From contig CAYQZX010000054.1 of the NCBI GenBank assembly GCA_964422165.1, positions 7,605 through 71,604 on the forward strand: a DNA stretch of 64,000 nucleotides, in the 5' to 3' direction. The number at the start of each line of letters is the position of its first letter. Position 1 is the stretch's first letter. Of this stretch, positions 57,225 through 64,000 are shown in pieces. The notes under the pieces are model-generated. The model saw only the letters and a list, made by a program, of their open reading frames with translations. It did no database searches and was not told the origin of the DNA. Source of the stretch: an uncultured Eubacteriales bacterium (lineage in GTDB: Bacteria > Acidobacteriota > Aminicenantia > Aminicenantales > Saccharicenantaceae). The position numbers were made by a program, and so were the translations under genes.

Positions 57225-58052
57225 GTGAGCGAAAGGAAGATAAAAATTGCTCTGGTTCAACTGGCTTGCTCCAAGGACCAAGGCCAAAACCTGAAGAAAG
57301 GACTGACTCGACTGGAAGAAGCTGCTGCCAAAGGCGCCCGGGTTGTAGTCTTTCCGGAGCTTTCTTTCCTTCCGTTTTTGCCCCAGCATCCGGCTGAGTC
57401 CGGTTTTGAAAACTGGGCTGAACCGGTGCCCGGTCCCACCACAGAAATCCTGGCCAGAAAGGCCGCTGACCTGGGAGTCGTGGTTATTTTCAATCTGCTG
57501 GAAATCCAGGCCGGGAAAACCTATGACTCTTCACCGGTCATAGACTGCAAAGGCCGCCTTCTGGGAATAAACCGAATGGTCCACGTCCTGGAAGCTCCGG
57601 GTTTTCATGAAAAAGGCTATTACACTCCTGGAGACCTGGGAGCCGGGGTCTTCGAAACTCCAGTGGGGAAAATTGGTATAGCCATCTGTTACGACCGCCA
57701 TTTCCCCGAATACCTGAGAGCCCTGGCTCTGAAAGGAGCCGAGCTGGTAGTCATCCCGCAAGCTGGAGCCCGAGGGGAATGGCCTCCGGGCCTTTTTGAG
57801 GCTGAACTTCAGGTAGCCTCATTCCAGAACGGTTATTTCTGTGCCCTGGCCAATCGAGTAGGAAAAGAAGACTGTCTTGAGTTTGAAGGTGGCTCCTTTA
57901 TAACCGACCCTTCTGGAATAATTTTAGCTCAGGCCAGTAAAGAGAAAGAAGATCTGTTAATTGCAGAAATTGATTTCAGCCTTCTTGAAAAGTGCCCGGC
58001 CCGGAAATATTTCCTGAAAGACCGTCGTCCAGAAATCTACCTCTCACTCTAA
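57225..58052 (+). CDS. carbon-nitrogen hydrolase (nitrilase superfamily)
   Basis: Catalytic E-K-C arrangement (FPEL..., GKIGIAICYDRHFPE). Confidence 0.85.
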   Translation: MSERKIKIALVQLACSKDQGQNLKKGLTRLEEAAAKGARVVVFPELSFLPFLPQHPAESGFENWAEPVPGPTTEILARKAADLGVVVIFNLLEIQAGKTYDSSPVIDCKGRLLGINRMVHVLEAPGFHEKGYYTPGDLGAGVFETPVGKIGIAICYDRHFPEYLRALALKGAELVVIPQAGARGEWPPGLFEAELQVASFQNGYFCALANRVGKEDCLEFEGGSFITDPSGIILAQASKEKEDLLIAEIDFSLLEKCPARKYFLKDRRPEIYLSL

Positions 58053-58142
58053 ACCGCCAGGCTGGAGTTCTGGTTTTTCCCAGAACCGATTCAGGGGTAT
58101 AATAGGATTGTAAACAAGTTTCAGAGATGAGAAAGGAGATCT

Positions 58143-58517
58143 TTGATGAGGAGAAAATCATTACTGGGCTTCGGACTCATTTTAAGCCTGCTGATATTAC
58201 CAGCCCTGGCCAACAAGTCGGCCGTATCCATTGAAGCTCCTGAGACAGTTAAAGCCGGCCAGGAGGTCACAGTTGTCATAAAAGTTAACCATCGCGGCAA
58301 CAGCAGCCTACATTACACTAACCGGCTGGTGGTCCTGGCCAACGGTAAAGAAATCGCCCTCTGGAATTTTTCCTCAAACAACCGACCGGAAGCAGAGAAT
58401 TTCACCCGAGAAATTAAACTCAGGATTGAGACCGAAACAGAAATAAAGGCTGAAGCCAATTGTAACCTTCATGGCAGTGCCGGTCCAGCTTCAGTCAAGA
58501 TTAAAGTCGCGGAATAA
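58143..58517 (+). CDS. secreted beta-rich hypothetical protein
   Basis: Signal peptide, no motif recognised, and a decent RBS gaaaggag. Confidence 0.5.
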   Translation: MMRRKSLLGFGLILSLLILPALANKSAVSIEAPETVKAGQEVTVVIKVNHRGNSSLHYTNRLVVLANGKEIALWNFSSNNRPEAENFTREIKLRIETETEIKAEANCNLHGSAGPASVKIKVAE

Positions 58518-58528
58518 AGGGGGAGGAT

Positions 58529-58711
58529 ATGACCATTGCCGGAATATCGGTGGTTTTGCTTCTGGGTATACTTAACTTGATTTTGATAATTTTCCAGGTG
58601 AGTACCGGAAAGAAATGGATAAAAGTCAATTTCGCCTGGCACCGCCGTTTGGGAGTATTGCTTCTACTGACAGCCGTAGCTCATGCTGTCCTGGCTTATC
58701 TTTCCCGCTAA
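58529..58711 (+). CDS. small two-TM membrane protein (weak call)
   Basis: 60 aa with two hydrophobic helices, closely following the previous gene. Confidence 0.3.
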   Translation: MTIAGISVVLLLGILNLILIIFQVSTGKKWIKVNFAWHRRLGVLLLLTAVAHAVLAYLSR

Positions 58712-58900
58712 TTCCCCGGAAACCACAAGCTTTTTAAGATTGGATTGAGTTATTTGATCAACGTGGGCCTTCGGATTTATCATCCTATTAGCATCCTATT
58801 AGTTTTCAATGCGGTTGGCTGGTAGAATTTCAAAAGGCAGTAAATTTGAAATGTTTTGAAGGCTGGTCAGTTATTCCCTGATTCGTAAGCCCGGTTACTC

Positions 58901-61360
58901 TCAATCTTTTAACAAAATCTGATACAGGCTCAGGCGAGCAGTCTGGAATTCAACTTTCTGCCCGCTCCGGGTGAATTCCACGGGAGTGCCGCCAGTAGCC
59001 ATGTTGCCCGAAAAATATTCTGCTATTGGCCCAAGGCTTAAAACCTGAATCTCCTTCCAGCCGGACGGCAGGTGCACCACCGCTTTCAGTGTGGAATTAG
59101 TCGGGTTGATAATTCGGATTTTGCCCTCATCATCCCAGATTTCCTGCAGGTCAAAATGCTCTACCCGGGCTCCTTTTTCAAAAATTTTCAGGTACGGAAT
59201 CTCGTAAAGATTGGAAACAATCACCAGTCCATCGTCGTCTTCATAGAACTTCCGGCTGTAGGTATTGTAGTGTCCACAGAATTCATAACGTCCTCCGGTA
59301 GCTTCTTTCATCTTCTTGTTGGCTTCAAGAGTGTGCCAGAGAAGTTGATGAGCATAATCAAGATACATCTTTTTTCCAGTGTGTTTATAACCAGCCACCA
59401 GAGCTTCCATTATCCAGGGTATATAAGTCGGGGCTGTAGCCACAGAAGAATCAGTCCCTGTGGTAGGTTCTCCAAATTGCCCGGTCCAGTCGCCGTTCTT
59501 ACGGGTCACCCCTCCCTTTAACCAGCTGAATTCACCCTCATATTTATCCATATGAATGAAAGACATCAGCAGAGCATCAAGGACTTTTTCAGCTTCTTTT
59601 AACCACTTGGTGTTGCCCGTGTAATCATAAATCCGGTAAAGAGCCTTAGAGGCAAAGGCATAGACGTTGACCGAGGGTTCTCCAGCGTGGTCTTCAAGAA
59701 AAAGCCCGTAATTTTCCAGAACGTGGACCTGATTTTCCATGGCTTCCACCGCCCGGTCAAGATACTTCTTATCACCGGTAAAGGAATAGGCACTGAGCAT
59801 AACATCAATACCAAACTCGCAGGCATCAAAGGTGTTCAGATCATCTTTCCATATAAGCTTTGGCGGTCTGGTAGACGGGTCTACCACCGCTCGCCAGTAC
59901 CATCTTTTGCCTTCCGGATTCCACATCAGCCCGGAGTATACTTTCTCAAAATTGGTTAGAAGAACTTCTTTAATTCTGGGATTACCGGTTAACGGATATT
60001 CAGCAAGCAGTGATTCAACGTTATAAGGTTGAGACCACAGAAAACATTGCCTCTGCTTGATATCCACAGTCTGATCCATAAAGTAGCCGTAGAAAGGATG
60101 ATCTGGTGAATTCCAGCGCATTTTTTCCACATAATATCGGTTAGCGTTTATAGTATATTTCAGCCAGGTCCTATCTCCGGTCACGTAAAACATGGTCATA
60201 AAAGCCTTGCCGGTCATCTCGTTGTGCCAGTCGTTGGTAGGCCACTCATAGGCGTGGTAAATCCAGCCCTCTTTAGTTATGGTCCTGGGCACATTTTTTG
60301 TAAAATACTCCTCAACTTCATCCAGATTAACTCTTTCAAAAGTTATTTTATTGTCTCTGAGATAGCGTTCGTAACGGCTATAGATATTTTCGTTAGAAAA
60401 AGTAGCTACCAGATTAAAGCTGGCTTCCTCAGCCGGTTTCAATTTAGTTGCTTTCCAGACAAAAAGTCCGTGCTGATGGAGAATCCACCAGCCACCGGTA
60501 AAATAATTGCCAGTAGTATCCCGCTTGATTTTCCAGGGCAACATTCCGGACCCGGCCAGACCATCGCCCCTTACAGTGAAAGTGAAATTATCCGTAAATC
60601 CTAAGGGTTCTATCTTTCGACAGGGAAGAAGCTCGGGTGGACCAAAATTGGTGCTGATGATTTTATTGGCCGGCAGGGTTAGCAGATTGATATATTGAAT
60701 TTCCTTTTCTTGATTATTTCTAACCTTTAGGTCAAAAAAAAGTCGTGAGCCTTTAAGGCTTATTTCCAGGGTATGACTCAGGCCCTGGCCCTTGTCGGCA
60801 GTTAGAACCAGAACTTCTCCTTTATCTTTATTTTTCCTGATTTCATGTTTTTCAAAGTAAACATACCATTTATAGGAAGGGAGCCTTTCCGATTCCTTAG
60901 CATTCCACATCGACAAAAATGGATTATCCGGATAACTTTCAGGCTGACCGACCAATCCGATGACATCATTAGAGCTTAAAGTGGGATAAAGCTTGCGGGC
61001 TTCATCCCAGCCAAGATAGCGGTAACAAATTTCATCCCGGTAGCGAAATTCCTGAAGGTAGTAGCCATTCCAGCGCGGGTCAAGGTCCCGGACTTCTGGT
61101 GGAGTTTCAAAAGGATTTAAGGCCTGATGCCCTTTCCAGACATCAACATAATCTAAGCGAAGATAAATGTGACCGTTTGATAACTCAATCACATCTCCTG
61201 GAGAATCCTGTCCGTTTTGATCATTGTCATGCCAGACGATGCTGACTTCTTCAGCTTTATAAGTGGGGCTCAAAAGAAGATACAGAAGCAGAGCTAAAAT
61301 CAGCAACCCGATGATAAAAATAAAACTGAACCACAACCCTCTTTCCGGTCTGAGGTTCAT
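58901..61360 (-). CDS. large membrane-anchored hypothetical protein (possibly alpha/alpha-toroid glycoside-hydrolase/lyase-like)
   Basis: N-terminal TM. 819 aa that is W/Y-rich like carbohydrate-active enzymes. No catalytic motif identified. Confidence 0.6.
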   Translation of the reverse strand: MNLRPERGLWFSFIFIIGLLILALLLYLLLSPTYKAEEVSIVWHDNDQNGQDSPGDVIELSNGHIYLRLDYVDVWKGHQALNPFETPPEVRDLDPRWNGYYLQEFRYRDEICYRYLGWDEARKLYPTLSSNDVIGLVGQPESYPDNPFLSMWNAKESERLPSYKWYVYFEKHEIRKNKDKGEVLVLTADKGQGLSHTLEISLKGSRLFFDLKVRNNQEKEIQYINLLTLPANKIISTNFGPPELLPCRKIEPLGFTDNFTFTVRGDGLAGSGMLPWKIKRDTTGNYFTGGWWILHQHGLFVWKATKLKPAEEASFNLVATFSNENIYSRYERYLRDNKITFERVNLDEVEEYFTKNVPRTITKEGWIYHAYEWPTNDWHNEMTGKAFMTMFYVTGDRTWLKYTINANRYYVEKMRWNSPDHPFYGYFMDQTVDIKQRQCFLWSQPYNVESLLAEYPLTGNPRIKEVLLTNFEKVYSGLMWNPEGKRWYWRAVVDPSTRPPKLIWKDDLNTFDACEFGIDVMLSAYSFTGDKKYLDRAVEAMENQVHVLENYGLFLEDHAGEPSVNVYAFASKALYRIYDYTGNTKWLKEAEKVLDALLMSFIHMDKYEGEFSWLKGGVTRKNGDWTGQFGEPTTGTDSSVATAPTYIPWIMEALVAGYKHTGKKMYLDYAHQLLWHTLEANKKMKEATGGRYEFCGHYNTYSRKFYEDDDGLVIVSNLYEIPYLKIFEKGARVEHFDLQEIWDDEGKIRIINPTNSTLKAVVHLPSGWKEIQVLSLGPIAEYFSGNMATGGTPVEFTRSGQKVEFQTARLSLYQILLKD

Positions 61361-61721
61361 CTTAACCTCCTAAAAAAGTCCGAATTAGGTGTTACTTTTT
61401 CTGACTATGGTCTCTTTTCCAGACCGCCCGACTCACAGCTTTTTAGAGCTATTTCCCTTAGCTTTATCTGAGCTTTTATCAACCTCAGTCTAATAAATAA
61501 CCCGATTTCAAGTCAAGGAAAACCCCAGGTGCCCGTCATCCATATTGAGTAGAAAGAAAAGAAAAATAGAGAAAAAGACAGAAAGCCTGCAGGTTAAAAC
61601 CCAGGTGCCAGCAGATTCTCCCTCCTTTATCTCCAGCAAATTTGCTCGGCCTGTTGCGGGCAAAGCTCAGAAATCAGATGGACATTAAGGTCAGGGAAAA
61701 ACTTAATCAGTGGCCCTGGTT

Positions 61722-62921
61722 TCACTTATTCAGGCGGCGCTTCAGGGCCCTGGTCAGAGCCGGGACAACAGTGAACAGGTCACCAACAATTCCATAATCA
61801 GCAATCTGGAAAATAGGCGCTTCTGGGTCCTTGTTGATGGCCACAATTACCTTGCTGGTGCGCATGCCGGCCTGATGCTGGATAGCCCCACTGATGCCAC
61901 AGGCAATGTAAAGATCAGGCCTCACCGTCCGACCGGTCTGCCCGACCTGGTGAGCGTAAGAAATCCAGCCGGCATCAACAGCTGCTCTGGAAGCTCCGAC
62001 GGCCCCGCCCAGAACATCAGCCAGCTCATGGAGGATGGCAAAGCCCTCCGGTCCTTTGAGTCCACGCCCCCCAGAAACAATTATCTTAGCATCAGCAATG
62101 TTGACCTCATTTTTCTCTACTATTAAGTCAAGCACTTTAGTGGCAATCTGCTCTTCGAGAAGGACGGGTTTCTCTCTGATTATCTGGCCCTGGCGGCTGT
62201 TATCAGGAACTGGCATTTCAAAAACATGGTGCCTTACGGTAGCCATCTGCGGCCGGTAATTTTCGCACTTGATGGTGGCCATGATGTTACCACCAAAAGC
62301 CGGACGTATCTGGAGCAGCAGGTTTGTCCCTTCTTCAATTTCCAGTCCGGTGCAATCAGCCGTTAAACCTGTGTAGAGATAAGTAGCCACCGCCCCAGCT
62401 AAATCTCGCCCTCTGGTGCTGGCCCCCAGCAGGAAAATTTCTGGTTTGTATTTTTTTACCAGTTCTACCAGAATCCGGGCATAAGGGTCGGTTCGGTAGA
62501 CTTTAAGCGTCGGATCGTCCACCAGAAAAACCCGGTCTGCTCCATAGGCAATTGCCTGTTTGGCCAGGGGCTCTACTTCATAACCAAGAACACAGGCAGT
62601 AAGAATTGTCCCTCTTTTGTCCGCCAGCTTCCGCCCCTCACCCATCATTTCCCAGGAAATAGAGGCAGCCCGACCGTCAAACTGTTCTACCCAGACCCAG
62701 ACTCCCTGGTAAGTGCTCAGGTCAACCGTTTCCTTCTTTTCAGCCTCGGGCAGGCTCAGAGCTCCTGTCGGACATTCAGGCACACAGGCTCCACAGCCGG
62801 TGCAAGCTTCATTGACCACAATAATATTTTCGCTATCCAGGCTCAAAGCGCCAAACGGACAAACCTGGATACAAAGCCCACAACCTGTGCATGCTTCTCT
62901 TTTTATTTGAAGTAAAGCCAT
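61722..62921 (-). CDS. etfA: electron transfer flavoprotein alpha subunit (FixB type) with an N-terminal 2x[4Fe-4S] ferredoxin domain
   Basis: CTGCGLCIQVCP and CTGCGACVPECP motifs, then ETF alpha FAD-binding signatures. Confidence 0.9.
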   Translation of the reverse strand: MALLQIKREACTGCGLCIQVCPFGALSLDSENIIVVNEACTGCGACVPECPTGALSLPEAEKKETVDLSTYQGVWVWVEQFDGRAASISWEMMGEGRKLADKRGTILTACVLGYEVEPLAKQAIAYGADRVFLVDDPTLKVYRTDPYARILVELVKKYKPEIFLLGASTRGRDLAGAVATYLYTGLTADCTGLEIEEGTNLLLQIRPAFGGNIMATIKCENYRPQMATVRHHVFEMPVPDNSRQGQIIREKPVLLEEQIATKVLDLIVEKNEVNIADAKIIVSGGRGLKGPEGFAILHELADVLGGAVGASRAAVDAGWISYAHQVGQTGRTVRPDLYIACGISGAIQHQAGMRTSKVIVAINKDPEAPIFQIADYGIVGDLFTVVPALTRALKRRLNK

Positions 62922-62932
62922 TTTTTCTCTCC

Positions 62933-63733
62933 TCAGACAATAATCTTTTCAGCGATAAGTTTTTCGGCCAGAAGATCAGCCTGTGTTTCTATCGAATCCC
63001 CCTGGATAATTTCGCATTTGCCGGCCCGCGGTGGCGGGGTGGCAATTTTGACCACCCGCGTTGGCGAGCCTTCCAGTCCAATCAGTCTGGGGTCAACATC
63101 TAAATCCTTAGCTGTCCAGGTTGGAATCTGAGCTTTCTGAGCTTTTCTTATGCCCAGGATGGTCGGATATCTCGGCTGGTTAATATCTTTAACCACTGCA
63201 ATTAAACAGGGAAGTGTTGACTTCACTACTTCGCGGCCCTCTTCTACCAGCCTCTCCACTTCAATCTGCTTTTTCTCAAAATCAATGCTTGAAATTTTGC
63301 AAACGTAAGTCAGCTGGTTTATCTGAAGCTGGGTAGCAATTCCCGGCCCGGTCTGACCGGTATCACCGTCAATAGCCTGACGACCACAAAAAATCAAATC
63401 AAACTCACCTATTTTTCTTATGGCTCTGGACAGGGTATAAGCTGTGGCCCAGGTATCAGCACCAGCAAAGGCTGGGTCGCTTAAAAGAATGGCCTCATCC
63501 GCACCCATGGCCACCGCTTCCTTCAAAGCATTGATGGCCTGAGGTGGACCCATGGTTATGACCGTGACTTTGCCACCGAATTTTTCTCTCAACCTTAGAG
63601 CTTCTTCAATAGCATAAGTATCAAAAGGATTGATAATGCTGGGCACACCATCTCGAATGAGTGTTCCCCTAACCGGGTCAATTTTGACCTCAGTTGTATC
63701 CGGAACCTGCTTGATACAAACTATAGCGTGCAC
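62933..63733 (-). CDS. etfB: electron transfer flavoprotein beta subunit (FixA type)
   Basis: N-terminal VCIKQVPDT signature, and the length. Confidence 0.9.
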   Translation of the reverse strand: MHAIVCIKQVPDTTEVKIDPVRGTLIRDGVPSIINPFDTYAIEEALRLREKFGGKVTVITMGPPQAINALKEAVAMGADEAILLSDPAFAGADTWATAYTLSRAIRKIGEFDLIFCGRQAIDGDTGQTGPGIATQLQINQLTYVCKISSIDFEKKQIEVERLVEEGREVVKSTLPCLIAVVKDINQPRYPTILGIRKAQKAQIPTWTAKDLDVDPRLIGLEGSPTRVVKIATPPPRAGKCEIIQGDSIETQADLLAEKLIAEKIIV

Positions 63734-64000
63734 TTTCTTCCCTCCGTTTTTAGAAAATTTTTTTGATTGGAACTAATTCCACCACTACCTAATACATTGC
63801 AACATCAAGTCTGATCCTAAGCACCCAAACCTTAATTTTTAGTCAGCCCCAAATCCTGGGGCCCCTGTTCCGTTACAGGCAAGCTAAGGCCTGAATCGGG
63901 CAAATTTCGGAAAAATATAATTCAGAACAGAAAATAAGTCAAGACTGGCATATTCTAATTGCAATTGCCGATACGTTAAATTTTACCTTTCTTGCTATTC

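Noticed and set aside
61590-61618. sigma-54 promoter ctgcTGGCACctgggTTTTa on the minus strand
   Set aside because: The -24 TGGCAC is present, but the -12 element lacks the conserved GC (TTGC). It is recorded only as a weak motif within the duplicated-motif finding.

Overview
This 64-kb window reads as a compact chromosomal segment of an anaerobic, peptide-degrading bacterium from an uncultured-type lineage. An Acidobacteria-style VWFA-related protein gives a weak taxonomic hint. GC content is moderate by eye and was not computed. The window is almost gene-saturated with about 50 CDSs. No rRNA, tRNA or regular CRISPR array was recognised.

Main blocks, in order:
- (i) A 5' accessory-looking region where a 28-nt perfect direct repeat, plus two degenerate copies, brackets a possibly N-terminally truncated class-I SAM methyltransferase. 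It is followed by an unusually long ORF-poor stretch of about 1 kb.
- (ii) Two tandem paralogous signalling proteins that share an N-terminal domain, one of them carrying an HD-GYP phosphodiesterase domain.
- (iii) A VWFA-related protein.
- (iv) A co-directional trio: a B12-binding radical SAM enzyme, a protein with a clear ERCC4 (XPF/Mus81-type) GDY...ERK nuclease motif that is rare in bacteria, and a LarA-family nickel-pincer enzyme.
- (v) An S9 peptidase and a stand-alone MoaD-like protein.
- (vi) A type IV pilus/T2SS-like assembly operon (pilC-pilB-pilM/N/O/P-like-pilQ), whose secretin carries extra N-terminal TPR and C-terminal beta-rich domains.
- (vii) A sensor histidine kinase with PDZ, multi-TM, GAF and PAS domains, overlapping a sigma-54 (NtrC-type) activator.
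- (viii) An M1 aminopeptidase, speH and an Lrp regulator.
- (ix) A nitrogen-assimilation cluster: glnA plus a NuoE-like/NuoF-like/2Fe-2S-4Fe-4S ferredoxin module immediately upstream of a stand-alone glutamate-synthase FMN-core domain protein. This is a possibly non-canonical NADH-dependent, HydABC-like-wired GOGAT.
- (x) Housekeeping genes: an M50 protease, trpS, scpA, scpB, ispH, rpsA, HU, HIT and PpiD.
- (xi) A peptide-uptake and catabolism cluster (OPT transporter, M29 aminopeptidase, M14 carboxypeptidase, C-N hydrolase), interrupted by an orphan protein with a C-terminal HEPN-like R-N-x3-H motif.
- (xii) A large membrane-anchored hypothetical protein and FixAB-type etfBA, whose EtfA has a fused ferredoxin domain.

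All functional calls rest on motif and architecture recognition in the supplied translations. No database searches were run.
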